A DNA stretch of 64,000 nucleotides. Source: Chrysomallon squamiferum. Its lineage: Eukaryota; Animalia; Mollusca. The stretch lies in NCBI GenBank assembly GCA_012295275.1, contig CM022675.1, positions 4,154,001-4,218,000 on the forward strand, read 5' to 3'. Of this stretch, positions 15,950 through 30,099 are shown one piece after another. The position numbers were made by a program, and so were the translations under genes. The notes under the pieces were generated by a model, which was not told the DNA's origin, searched no databases, and worked only from the letters and a program-made list of their open reading frames with translations. Position 1 is the stretch's first letter; the number at the start of each line of letters is the position of its first letter.

Positions 15950-16165
15950 TTTCTTAATACATGATAGTGACTATACCTTTACACGAGATAATAACTCTAT
16001 CTTAATACCTGATAATAAATATATCTTAATACCTGATAATAACTATAACTTAATACGTGATAATAACTATATCTTAATATATGATAATTAGTATATCTTA
16101 ATACATAATAATGACTGTATCTTAATATATGATAATGACTATATTTTAATATATGATAATGACTC
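15950..16165. repeat. About 24 bp minisatellite (ATAATAACTATATCTTAATACGTG-like)
   Basis: About 8-9 degenerate tandem copies. Confidence 0.8.
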
Positions 16166-17699
16166 TTCCTTTTCTTCTACCTAACTACAGAAATTTAAAC
16201 GTAATTCAAACAACATTAATAACAACACTTGATCGAGGAACAGAAGTAATATCGTGTAAAATTGATTTACTTTTCTCTTATTAATAGAAACTCTTCACAA
16301 TGTTTTTTTTTTTAAATCGTGAACATCAACTGCTTTCACTGTGACAGCTTCAGAGAAAACACACCTAGAGTTAAACACCCCTTGTTTGTCATAGACTGGT
16401 CACCTCGCACAATACCGCTGTCTTAATCGACACCGGAGAACCAATCAATGCGGAAACGAGTTTTCACAATTTCATCGACTCCGTTGCTAACGTCGTCTGC
16501 TTTGTGTAACGACTTTTGAGACGACACATAATCGAAATGTAAAAAGTGTTTCCATCAAAAAAAAAAAAAAAAAAAAAAAAGAATAAAAAAAATGCGCTGC
16601 CAACATGTCGGATTAATCGAAGACTCTTACTTAGTGATCGAGGTAATTAATAAAACTATCCGATCAATGGTGACGTCATTAGGAACGCATGAGGCCGATC
16701 TTCGCGCTGATTTACAGACCAAGCAAGGTGCCTTAAATAGCGCTTTAAACGATCTGGGGTCATAGAGACTAAATTACTTCACGCGGAATCAAAAACGCAT
16801 AAATGAACAGCGAGGGGGAAAGAGAGGTGACACATAACTCACTTTTAAGAGCTTCACTGACAACTGAACAATTTAGGATCGACGTATTTAGTGCGTATTG
16901 AGCAATTTCCCGTTCCAAACATGGACTGATATGAGCAGATACATATATTTATATTGTTTTCTAATAATAATAATAATGATGATGATGATGATAATAATAA
17001 AAATAATAGTAGTAGCAGTAATAGGATCTACAATAAGAATAAAAATACCGATGATGATGATGAAGATAATAATAATTAAATAATAATACTATAATAATAA
17101 AAAAATAAAAAAAATAATGATGATGATAATGATAACAACAGTAATAAATAAATCAACAACATCAACAACGACAACGGTGACAGGTTTCCTCTGAAAATGG
17201 TTTGTGATTTTAACCAAATGTGACTTTCAATGAGAGATAATAAAAAGTTAATCTCTACACGATGGCGGATCAATAAACATAAAAGCTACGTTTGAGGAGA
17301 CAGGAAGTGACGTAGTCGTTCGTAACTTAATAAGTTATTGATGCTAAAGTCTTAGAACTGTAAAAAGAAAAAACAAAGAAATGAAAATGCAGTACATTTA
17401 TCCAGATAGCTAACTTTTCTGACAGTTCCTGGACTGTTAAATAATTATTTGTCTTCGAGTCGCTCAGTGTTTTGAAGAACAAGCGTTCAGTCGAAAATAA
17501 AAAGAATTAAAATCAAATCAGATATCACGCAATCATATTTTCCTTGAATCGACGGAAATAAAAATTTAAAAAAAATGAAAAAAAAAACATTTAATCAAAT
17601 CTTCCTCGATTCATTGTGACTAGAAGAAGACCACGTGACCCAATGACGTCAAACAGAAAAGAAAAATAGCCAAGTTTTCTGAGAACCATTAAGTATGTG

Positions 17700-18330
17700 T
17701 TCGTGTAACGAAAATACCACGTGTAACTGTGTAACCAATCTTTCGTACAACGAAAATACCACGTGTAACTGTGTAACCAATCTTTCGTACAACGAAAATA
17801 CCACGTGTAACTGTGTAACCAATCTTTCGTACAACGAAAATACCACGTGTAACCAATCTTTCATACAACGAAAATACCACGTGTAACTGTTTAACCAATC
17901 TTTCGTACAACGAAAATATGTAACCAATCTTTCTTCAACGAAAAACTAGTAATAACCAATCTTTCATACAACCATTTTTATTTTATAACTGTAACCAATC
18001 TTTCGTACAACGAAAAAATATAAAAAAACCAATCTTTCGTACAACGAAAAAACCACGTGTAACTGTGTAACCAAAAAACAACGAAAAAACATAACCAATC
18101 TTACATACAACGAAAAAAGTAATAACCAATCTTTCGTACAACGAAAATACCAAGTAACTGTAACCATACAAAAAAAAACGTGTAAAATAACCAATACAAC
18201 GAAAAAATAAACTGTGTAACCAATCTTTCGTACAACGAAAATACCACGTGTAACTGTGTAACCAATCTTTCGTACAACGAAAATACCACGTGTAACTGTG
18301 TAACCAATCTTTCGTACAACGAAAATACCA
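17700..18330. repeat. 42 bp minisatellite (AAAATACCACGTGTAACTGTGTAACCAATCTTTCGTACAACG)
   Basis: Perfect copies at both ends, noisy copies in the middle (about 17920-18210). Confidence 0.95.
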
Positions 18331-18762
18331 ATTCTTCACTGAACTAGAATTAAATCTAAAACCATTTTGTATTTTATCTGAAATTTTTTTTTTTTAAACC
18401 CACAAACCCACAACAAAAAAACAAAAAACATACATACATACACAAAAAGATATGTAAGCAAGCTGATATAAATAAATAAATAAATAAATAAATAAATATT
18501 TTCTTCTTAATCCATATTCTTTTTTTTAAATATTAAAATGTCTCTCTGCGGAAGTAAGCATATTACTTTAAACTTCTTGTTTCCCTATTTGTATAAAAAA
18601 TAGTGATTATTTTTATCCTTTCTGTAATGATATAAATTCTTAACATTATTATTGCTATTATTTTTACTTATTATTTTTCTTAATAGAAGGTCAAATGATT
18701 AATTATCTTAAGGTTTAAACAAAATAAAGAACAAAGTAAATACGACCATTAATTCACACACA

Positions 18763-18848
<86 letters not shown>

Positions 18849-18945
18849 AACAGACAGAAAGAAAAACAGAGACACAGAGAGAAACAGAGAGAAAAACAGA
18901 GAGAGTGAGAGAGAGAATTATAAACATTTCTTTTTCATAATCCTT

Positions 18946-18983
<38 letters not shown>

Positions 18984-19164
18984 GCCACACACACACACAC
19001 CTCTGTAAGAACTAATATTTCTGTTAGCAAATCGAGCGAAATAGAAGTTTTTATTTATTTATTTTTTCTTAAATCATAGCGATGCCTTATCGATCGATTC
19101 TATTTAATAACAGTTTTGTTCTCTGTTTTGACGTATTTATAATTTCTACGTCATCACAAATCTG

Positions 19165-19235
19165 CTCTGACGCAGTGGGAGAGCGAGTGACTCGTGAACG
19201 AAAGGTCGTGAGGTCGATCCTCTAAACCCGATCAG
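19165..19235 (+). mobile_element. tRNA-derived SINE head relic
   Basis: A-box-like GACGCAGTGGGAGAGCG and B-box-like GAGGTCGATCC at tRNA-like spacing, but no intact acceptor stem. Confidence 0.4.
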
Positions 19236-19600
19236 TTTCTAATTCAGTACTGATATCAGTAAATTAAAAAAGATAAAACGTTATTGCTACTGCTGTAGTT
19301 GTTAGCAGTATTGCTGCTGGTGCTGTTGATGTTAGTTGTAGTAATAGTCAGAGTATTAATAATAGAAATAGTAACAGAAGTATTAGCAGAAGTAATAGTA
19401 GTTGTAGTTGTAGTAGAAGTAGCTGCAGTGGTTCTAGTTTTAACACTAATAATAGTAGTGGTAGTAATAATATTAGGAATAGTAATAGAATAGGAGTTTT
19501 AGAAATAGTAGTTGTAGTTGTAGTAATAGTAATTCTAGTTGTTATAGAAGTACTTGCAGAAGTAGTGTAAGTAGCATAAATTATAACAACAACAGTAGCA

Positions 19601-19634
<34 letters not shown>

Positions 19635-19799
19635 TAATATTAGTTATAGTGAAAGTAGCTGTATTAATAGCTGTAGTAGCAGCAGAAATAGCAGTGTTAT
19701 TTGTAGTATAACAGTAATATGTATAGTAGTAGTAGTATTAGTTGTAGTGTTAGTAGTAGTAGTGATATAAATAGTTGTCGTAGTAATAGTCGTTGTAGT

Positions 19800-20350
19800 A
19801 GTATTATCAGTTGTAGAAGTAATAGTATCTGTTATTGTAGTAGTTGTTGTTGTTGTTGTAGTAGTAGTAGTGTCAGTTGTAGAAGTAATATTATCTGTTA
19901 TAGTAGTAGTTGTTGTAGTAGTAGTGTCAGTTGTAGAAGTAATAGTATATGTTATAGTAGTAGTTGTTGTAGTAGTAGTGTCAGTTGTAGAAGTAATGTT
20001 ATCTGTTATTGTAGTAGTTGTTGTTGTTGTTATAGTAGTAGTGTCAGTTGCAGAAGTAATAGTATATGTTATTGTAGTAATTGTAGTAGTATTATCAGTT
20101 GTAGAAGTAATAGTATCTGTTATTGTAGTAGTTGTTGTTGTTGTAGTAGTAGTAGTGTCAGTTGTAGAAGTAATATTATCTGTTATAGTAGTAGTTGTTG
20201 TAGTAGTAGTGTCAGTTGTAGAAGTAATAGTATATGTTATAGTAGTAGTTGTTGTAGTAGTAGTGTCAGTTGTAGAAGTAATAGTATATGTTATAGTAGT
20301 AGTTGTTGTAGTAGTAGTGTCAGTTGTAGAAGTAATAGTATATGTTACAG
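19800..20350. repeat. About 54-63 bp compound minisatellite (GTCAGTTGTAGAAGTAATAGTATATGTTATAGTAGTAGTTGTTGTAGTAGTAGT)
   Basis: About 9-10 tandem copies; source of the Thr-rich and Ser/Cys-rich ORFs. Confidence 0.9.
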
Positions 20351-22191
20351 ATGTAGTGTGGTAATGTATCTTTCTTCTAGTAACAATACTTTCATTGATT
20401 AAAAGCAAGGAAAGTTTAACCGTTTTCAACACGAAGTACTGACTGGCACTGAAAACAGCCTGGGGGGGGGAGATTAAAGGATAACAAGGATTTGTCAGTG
20501 AAAATAGGAGATTAAATGTCAGAGGATTTGTCAGAGTAAATACGAGATTAAATGTCAGAGGTTTCCCGGGTAACAGAGTACACAGTAAGATTTTAAGTAA
20601 ATAAACACAAAAATGTGTGAGTTAGGTGCGTCTGAGAGACTGGAGGAATGTACAAAACAGATAATTCGCGTTAAACACCTGTTTTACACGCATCAAAACA
20701 TCTTGTGAAACAAACAGCAAGAACCAGGGTCAGATCGGTTATAAAACTAACGAAGCTAAAGCTTCAGGTTCACTAATCCACGAGGAGTCCCGGAAATGAC
20801 GTCAGTGCTTCAAAATTTTAACCCACATCTGAGATGCCATACGTAAATTTATAAAAAAAAAAAAAAAAAAAAAAAAAATTACGGTGATCAGTCTTAGAAA
20901 AAGAAAACAGTGAAGAAGAAAACAGTGATTGCCCAGATTTTGTTGTTGTTTGTGAATGGCTCTAATAACTCATCAAGATTCAGGAACCCGAAAATGTAGG
21001 TCAGCATAAATACAGCGTTATTTAGAATAGAACTTCATTATTCACAGGTGGTAAATTCACTGGTCAACAGTGCCGAGATTACAAACAGAGAGACAGACAG
21101 ACAGAGAAATATGTGTTTGACTTCTTTTTAATATAATTCCCATAATTTTAGTTCATTAAAAGAAATAATAATAATAATAATAAGAAGAAGAAGAAGAAGA
21201 AGAAGAATTTATGAAAAGAGAACGACATTTTATTTTTAGTACAAAGCGGGGTTTTTTACGTTTTAGTTAAAATAAATTAGTTTCTCAGGTTCAGATACAT
21301 TTATATTACACAAACCCCCCCCAAAAAAAAAAATTAAATAATTAAATAAATATAATTAGAAAAATAAAATAATAATAATAAAAGGAAAGAAAGCAAGACA
21401 AAAAAAAAAAAAAAAAAAAAACGAAAAGAAAGAGAAAAGAAAAAAGAAGAAAATACGAAACCGTGGCTGAGACTTTGATTGCATTAAGAGACACAACGGC
21501 AACACCGTGTCCGGCGTTACTTTATCAACTTCCGTTTTGACGACTTGAAATTAATTACAGAAGCAGACAGGCAGAGTTTGTATTTAGAAAATTGAAAGTG
21601 GATTTGTGTTTGAGTAAGTGAGTCAGTGTGAGCAAGTGAGCAGCCGTCTAATTAGTTGGTTTAAATATGGAAGTTTCAACGGACACTTCAAAATAAGCTA
21701 CAGAGATCTGGACTCGACGAACGAAATAATAAATAAATTATAAAGAAAGGAATGAAAGACCGAATGAATGAATGAATGATGAATGAATGACGAAGGAATT
21801 AATAAATAAAAATAAACGAAGGATTGATTAAATAATGGAAGAATGAATGATGAAACATGAACGAAAGAATGGTGAACGAATGGAATAATAACTTTTGTAG
21901 ACTATCAAACTTGTTCATATGTAGAGATATGAAAACAAATTTATTGGATAAATTAATGAACGAATGAATATGTATATATATGTATGTATGTATAAATTAC
22001 TTCTGTTAGCTGAAACACATACTGAACGGTAGCCTATAGAATGCATTGAAAGCAAGGCATCAATGAAAAATTCAAAAAAAAAATGATAAATGAAAGAATG
22101 AATAAGATAATTAATGGATGAATGAATGAACGATAATGATGATTTTTTAATTTATTATTTAATAACAACAAATGTAATAATAATAGTAGTA

Positions 22192-22250
<59 letters not shown>

Positions 22251-22485
22251 AATAAATAAATTAGATGATATTGTTAATGTTGATGATACTGATGATGGTG
22301 ATGATGATGAATAAATAATCCTTCTAATGTTTTTATTTCACTTACTTCATCCTTGGCATATTGTGTTCACCTTAACACATAATAAAATAGTAAATAAATA
22401 AATACAAACCGCGAAGAAAACAAAAATCGCGAAATTTTATTTTATTATTTATTATTTATTATTATTATATATATAATACAAAATA

Positions 22486-22562
<77 letters not shown>

Positions 22563-22950
22563 CAGATATAGATATATTGAATCTATTAAAGTTGATTCGG
22601 ATTCATCAGATATCGATAAAATTATCGGCGTTATTTCTGCCCTGTTAAACTTATCGATTCTGTTAAACTTATCGATTCTGTTTACTGTAATGAGACGAAA
22701 GCGATACATTTGGGTCAATAGAAAGAATTAAAACGCAACCTGCGTGACGGAAATCATTTCTTAATCATTCATAGTTAATATACGCTAGTTACTTGATTTC
22801 GTGAACAGTTCAATAAGATTATTTCATGCCTTTAAATTGTGATGATGATGATGATGATGATGATAGTGAAGACGACATTTTTTTATTTATATTTAATGAA
22901 CAAATAAATAATTTTCATTAATTTTTTTTAATTTAAAAACAACAACAACA

Positions 22951-23019
<69 letters not shown>

Positions 23020-23581
23020 AATAATAATAATAATAATTAATAATTAATAAAATACGTCATCTGCTTGTTAACTGTTTCTGGTGGTTTAGTGAAAATACAC
23101 TGGTTAAACGATGATACGCTGACCTCTCCGCATTTTAGGCTCTCTCTTATGAAGGTCAAAGGTCAGAAATGAACTGAAATCTTTTGCTTACGTCAGCAGC
23201 AGTGTACTGTTTGGGGCATATGGTGTAAACGAAAGAAATAAAAACGATTCGAAAAAGAAAACTGCTCTTCAAACTATTAAAACAGATCCAAGTTGTTTAC
23301 ATAAAAACAATTTCAAAGCTCATAGATACGCCATTGAAATGAACTGAAAAAGTCAAGAGATTTTTGTTTGTTTTTTTCCCTTGCATTATAAAGATCTTTT
23401 TTATTAGTTGAAGAAATATATATAAAAAAAAATCCTTTGATGTGTCAATCTTATCGATTATTTTTCCACCCACACAATTTTTTGTTTTGTCTAGGAAAGA
23501 AAAAATAAATAAAAAAAAATAATAAAAAAAAAAATTGTGGAAGTGCGAAAGGTCAATCGATCGATACTCCAAACCCTACAA

Positions 23582-23614
<33 letters not shown>

Positions 23615-23677
23615 GTTCATGTTTTCTCTTGTTCCTATTATTCATTTGTTTGTTTCTTTCTTTCTTTCTTTCTTTGT

Positions 23678-23712
<35 letters not shown>

Positions 23713-23741
23713 TTTTTGGCTTCTCTGTTTTATTTATTTAT

Positions 23742-23797
<56 letters not shown>

Positions 23798-24183
23798 ATT
23801 ATTATTTTCTAATATTTATGATACTGACTTCATTTATTTATAAATTTTTAATTTCGTTGATTACGTTTCTTGAAATAAATAACAGCAACACGTATGTTAA
23901 ACTTGGAAAAATAAGTTGACATCAAAATCTACGACAACAAACACGTCATCTGTAAAAAAAGATATATAACAACACAGCAACAACAGTATCACCAACAACA
24001 ACGAATATAAAATACATAACGAAAGAAAAAACAAACAAAACAAGCAATAATAAATAAATAAACTAGCAATAATAAATAAATAAATAAATAAGCAGAAATT
24101 CAAAAAATAATAAACAAATAAATAAATAAAAACAAGAAAGAAACAGTAACAACATTAACAGTAGCAAAGGCAACAACAACGGA

Positions 24184-24215
<32 letters not shown>

Positions 24216-24309
24216 TAATAATAATAATAATAATAATAATTTATCAACGCAAATAATAATTTTAAAAACAGAACAGAATAAACAAATAAATAAATAAATA
24301 AACACTCAC

Positions 24310-24556
24310 CTAGATCGTCGATGTTTTTGGACATGTTGAGAGACACGCCTATCAACACGACGCTGAAGAGGAGCAGAGTGAAGGAGACGATGGCCACGGC
24401 GCGTGCGACGCGTTTGCGCTGTTTCGTGGCGGGGTCGTCTGCCAGCTTCCCGCTCTCCGCAGACACGCTGAAGTTCGTCGTCTGCTCGGTGACGTCGTTG
24501 TCGTTTTCCGTGTGGCACGACAGAATCTCTATCCCGTCGTCCTCCGTCGTTGTCAT
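24310..24556 (-). CDS. First coding exon of an uncharacterised small single-pass membrane protein (MTTTEDDGIEILSCH...KQRKRVARAVAIVSFTLLLFSVVLIGVSLNMSKNIDDL)
   Basis: GC-rich coding-like sequence, acidic N-terminus, basic KQRKR followed by a hydrophobic helix of about 22 aa, perfect G|GTGAGT phase-1 donor at 24309. Downstream exon not identified. Confidence 0.8.
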
Positions 24557-25353
24557 GTCGTCGTCACACGTGCGACCGAACAACGTCGCACGTGCAGGGC
24601 TGCCGACGACTGCGGCAGCGTTAGCCAGTCGTCCAATTGTGTGTCTTAAGTAGCGGACATCCCAGCACAGAACACTTTGTAATTTTCTCTCTCTTTCTCT
24701 TTCTTTTTCTCTTGCTAAAGAAATTCGCAAGTCTTCATGTTTTTTTTATTCGAATATGGTTTAAAATTAGTTCTAGTAAAGCGAACCAGCTTTCAGTCGC
24801 TGCGTTTCATTTTATCGATAATTATCTTCCCTTGCAACAAGCCGTCCAATCAGAACAATTAAAATAAAATAAAAAAAAATAAAAAATAAAAACCCAGAAA
24901 AATACTCCGAAAACTCCGAACAGTCAATAAATGCACCGGAAAGCTTTGGAATGGAAATCAAAGCTTGCTAGTCGCGGAGAAGTGAGAGAGACAGAAACAC
25001 GCCAGCACAATCCCAGTTTCCTCATCAAAAATAGATGAGCTCCGATTTACCTGTTACCGATCGCAACGTGTTCCCGTCTAGAGGCTTCACCGAGCCTCGA
25101 TTGAACTGCGGCGTAACATTACCAGCCTCGGTCGATGTCAAACCGCTCATCTTGGCTGCCAGGATAACTGGACGCGATTACAGCGGTTTTGGCAAATTAT
25201 TCAGTTCTCATTGTTCGTCTTCTTGCTGCTGTAGGTTTTCGTTCATTCGTCACTTCGTCTTTTCATTCTGCTTCAGATGTTTCGTCAGATTTATCTCTGC
25301 AGTTCTGTGTATATCTGTGCGTGATAATGGATTTTTTATTTAAACAATAATTT

Positions 25354-25463
<110 letters not shown>

Positions 25464-25978
25464 ACAGTTGTTTACTTGTATTTATGAGTATACAGTAAAC
25501 AAAAAAAGTATGTATGTATGCATATATTGTATGCATGTATGTATGTGTACGACTGAACATGTAATATGCATTAACGTATTGTGTGGTTACAACAGTTTTG
25601 TATTTTTATGAAAACATCGTCTGAAAGGAACAGTAAGACTTTTTCTCTTCACGACAAAGATAAGATAAACACTGAAATATTTAGAAGAACAATTTTTTAT
25701 CTTTTCAACCGAAGCCAAACACGCTGGTGTTACGTAGACTTGGGACCATTTCGCAAGTCGACTGTATTAACACTACAGTGTGCGTATACAAAACGTACAC
25801 ACGCACGCACGCACACACACAGAGACGTTAGGTACAAACGTAGTTAGCCCTCTCTGATATAAATGTTGGAACTGCCAGAACTATCTGTATTAGTAAAGTA
25901 AAACAGAAATGTCAATGTCTTTCACACACACACACACACACATACACACACAGAGTACCCTAGCAGTAGATAAACAGA

Positions 25979-26241
<263 letters not shown>

Positions 26242-26322
26242 ATATATATATATCTTTGAACATATCTACATGTACGTGCTTGGATATATGCATATATATA
26301 TATATATGTATATGTTTGTATA

Positions 26323-27643
26323 GGGTAAGGTGGGGTAATTCTGGCCCCCCCCGATGTATATTATGACTTACAGCCACTATACTGTTCTGCTTGATTTCTG
26401 AAACTTTGTTGATATAAACAGAACCTTCCTATTTCTCATTAGAACAAAGGATGTAGGTAATCAGCCATTTACATGTGAAGTATAGTGGCCATGAAAATTG
26501 TGAAAACAACAAGGGTGTAAAAAAAAAGTGCATTTTGAGGTTTCAAAAGTGATGGCTATTTCCTTAGTGTTATAGACATAAGGTTAGTGATAATTTATAA
26601 CAGGTTAGCATAAAATCAATTATTAAGTTCAGCAGAAGAAACTTGATTAATATGTGGTAATTAGAAAAGGAGTGTGTGTTTTATTTTATTCCACCACTTG
26701 AGGCAATTCTGGCCCCCATGGATGGAGTAAATGTGGTCCCCATATGTGGTGGTGAAATCAGTAGTTTTGGCACTGGTACAGTCCATTCTGAGTTTTGTTT
26801 AAAAGTTTTATGGAACAATTGAAAGTCTACGGTCCATCTGCTGGGGCACGTTTCAAATTTACAATAAAATCAAGAGAATGAGGTATGCTGAGACACTGAC
26901 AGAAGAAGAAAGTGTCAAGAGGAATGAAGAAGAGTTGGCAGAGAAGAAGAGGAAGAAGGAAGAAACGGCAGAGAGAGAAAGCAAAGGTGAGAGAGACAAA
27001 GAAAAAACAGAAACCAAAGGCAAAACGGCGGTTCAGTTTGAATGCTACAGCAAAACCGGTGGATGCCGTCAAAGAAAACGTTGGTGGCGACGAGTCTGAA
27101 CTAGAAGACAGAGATGTAGTAGATACACAAGACAAATGTGAACTCTGTGGCAGAGTTGATGATGGAATGAATTCTGACGAGTTTATAGGATGTGACGGGT
27201 GCCCAAATTGGTATTGTCTTGATCCCTGCACAAACCTCGAAATCCAAGCTGGTGCGGACTTGAAAGATATTGTATTCTTGTGTCATATTTGTCAAGGAGT
27301 TTAGTTTATTGACGTTTTGAATATGACTTGTATTATGATTAGGACACATTATTGTTAGTAGTAGACAATGATTACATAGCAATAATCAGTACAACAAATT
27401 TGAAGACTAAAATACATCATCAGGGCAAATCTGGATCCTGAAAACAATTTTTAATCTGGTTCTCATTTCAAAAATATATTTCTGCTTCAGAATACACAAA
27501 CACTATATGCATAATGTTTGTGTGTTCTGAAGCAGAAATAGATATACTACACATTATTCACTCCACTTTGTTGTTTTCTTTTGCCTCTGAAGCTGTAGGT
27601 GAGGTTGAATGGAGAAGGGGGCCAGTATTACCACACCTTACCC
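26323..27643 (+). mobile_element. Non-autonomous pogo-like (Tc1/mariner superfamily) DNA transposon with a transposase C-terminal remnant (Lys/Glu-rich coil plus PHD finger)
   Basis: About 27 bp TIRs (GGGTAAGGTGGGGTAATTCTGGCCCCC / GGGGGCCAGTATTACCACACCTTACCC) flanked by TA; subterminal TIR-like repeat at about 26702; frameshifted AETLTEEE...KKRKKEE then CELC...IGCDGCPNWYCLDPC...FLCHIC. Confidence 0.85.
26878..27304 (+). pseudogene. Frameshifted transposase C-terminus with PHD-type zinc finger
   Basis: Overlapping ORFs 26878-27099 and 26912-27304; PHD-like Cys spacing with the His position replaced by Cys; no DDE domain left. Confidence 0.7.
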
Positions 27644-27694
27644 TATATGTGTCATGTAGAATTTATGGATATATGAATTTCAATACGAGTGTGC

Positions 27695-27728
<34 letters not shown>

Positions 27729-30061
27729 ATTTGTTGCTATTTTATGTTTAAAAGTATGTTTATCTTTCAGGAAATACTCAACATAATAATTCATCATACA
27801 GAAACCTTATTATTACACGATAATGAAATGTATGTTATATTTAAATAAATACTTATCATTCATTCACTTGTCCATTCATTCCTTCCGTCCTTCATACATC
27901 CTTCTGTTAAAATATTCATTCATATATTAGAAGAGCTGAAGAAAAAAATAATAATAATAAAAGAAATAATTAAAAATCTTAATAGGTAATAAAATTAAAA
28001 TAAAAATGAAAATGAATCAGTATGTTCCAGTGATATCAGAATTTAATTGTAAATATTTAAAGATATCAGACCAATTAAAAAAGTTCTTTATACCCGCTCT
28101 TAAAAACAGAATTATGAAGAAAAAAATAAAAATAAATAATAAACCATTGCAATTTTTATTGCTAATGATTTATTTCAAACTCGTCTGCAAAATATTTATA
28201 TTACGTAATTATTAATGGTTACATATCGTTAATTTCCGTCATTATATACGGATGAAAGGAAAGGAAATTTCAAAATATAAATCGATTTATAAAGCGGATT
28301 GTGGAATGTTTTATCTCTGTTTTCGTATGCGAAGTTTCATCCACGTGGAATATAATTGTGCAAAAGTGTAACAAAAGGTTATTTTTAATCTATAATGTGA
28401 CACAGTCTAATATAACACAAAATAGCTATACACCATGTAACATAAACAAAATAACATTAAAAAATATAGGATAATATTATAACACAACTTATTACAACTT
28501 AAGATTACAGCGCACAACATAACGTAAAATAAAATGTAGCAGTGCGTTGTAAATAATAGTTTTATTCATTATGCACTGTCGTATAAAGTATTATATTAAA
28601 TAAAATAATAACACTAATAAAATATTGTATTCTCTACTGAAGCAATCTATTAATACGATTTCTAAACAAAAAAGTGTTTTTGCTTTTTACGTTGTGTAAA
28701 AACATCTCGCACTTTGCGGTTATTCTCGGGATTTCTCCATCGAATACCGCAGCTCGATTTATCTAATGTTACACGTTGTTCCAATCTGACGGGTTTAATA
28801 TGTCTTTATTTATCTCAAAATAGAGGCATAGGCGTTGGCAAAATAGCACAGAAAGTATGTATTTTTGGAAAACGTGGCATATTTTTCGCTATCTGAAATT
28901 CAACGAACGTCAGAAATCGTCTGGTTCTAGGGCGAATCCAATATTTGAGGAAAGGGGGTGACGTAGTTTCACTGTAGTCGAAAGTGTAACTTTTAAACTT
29001 AAAAAAATGTTTACTTTCGAACTTGCTTACGTAATAAATAAATAAATAAATAAATAAATAATATTATGTGTTGGTTAAAACATATTTTCCTTCTTTTTTA
29101 TAGTCGTCTCTCTCTCTGTTACACAATTTTCTTGTTCATTAATAATTCGTTAATAGTTTTCTTCTTCATAAACGTCTCTCTCTCTCTCTCTCTCTTAAAA
29201 AAAAAGAAGACATTACTGTCATTCTCAGTTCTCACCAATAAATCTGTAAAATATATTTATTATTATTATTGTTATTTTATCAAACACGTTTGTTATTTTT
29301 TGCCTCGAGTCGCCACGTCGGACGTGTTTACATCTCGTGTACTTTTCCATTGTCTGAGCGCGTCGTCTGACTTCCAAGCATGGCAGAAACAAACGTCACG
29401 CGCAGCGCGTGCCCAAGTTACATCGATGTTTCCATCGATTGCCATGACCAGCGAACGGCCCATTTCCTGCATCAATCAAAGATCACTTCAGTGCAAACAT
29501 TTTTCAAGTGGAAGGTCGTTTAATTGAAATGCAAAATATATTATTTATCATTTTCATCAAAATGGATATTTTATAAATTCTTGGATTTTTAATTTTTTTT
29601 TTTTTTTCTTCACTGCCTTTCATTTACTTTTTTCTTCTTCTTTTTTATTATTATCTTCTTTTTTTTTAAAATTTCTTTACATTTTCATTTGTTACTCTAC
29701 TTTCTCTAATGCTCATCCATGCCTAGATTATCAAAGTTGTTGTATGTACTATCATGTCTAATGACGGGAACATCTAGATCCAAATTTAGTTGAGTAGTAG
29801 AAGTAGTAGTAGTAGTTGTTGGTGCTGCTGTAGGTTGCAGACGCAGTGGTAGCAGAATTGTACTAGAAATAATACTAATAGTGGCGGTACTAGCATCGAT
29901 CGAACTTGTAGCATACTAATAGTATTAATCCTGGAGAAAGCCAACTTTGATATGTTTAAAATAAAAATGTATGAATCGAATGCATTTCCAAAAAATATCG
30001 TTACTTTTTTAAAATATTTTATTTATTTATTTACTTATTTGTTTATTATTATTATTAGTAT

Positions 30062-30099
<38 letters not shown>

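Noticed and set aside
17700-18330. Hairpin-containing repeats with variable intervening sequence resembling a CRISPR array
   Set aside because: The variable parts are corrupted versions of the same 42 bp unit, not spacers.
19165-19235. tRNA gene
   Set aside because: A/B-box-like motifs are present but there is no paired acceptor stem or complete cloverleaf; treated as a SINE relic. A lone B-box at about 11650 was rejected likewise.
19644-20432. 262 aa Thr-rich mucin-like ORF and overlapping Ser/Cys-rich ORF
   Set aside because: Open frames on both strands arise from an AGT/GTT-based minisatellite; no signal peptide or splice support.
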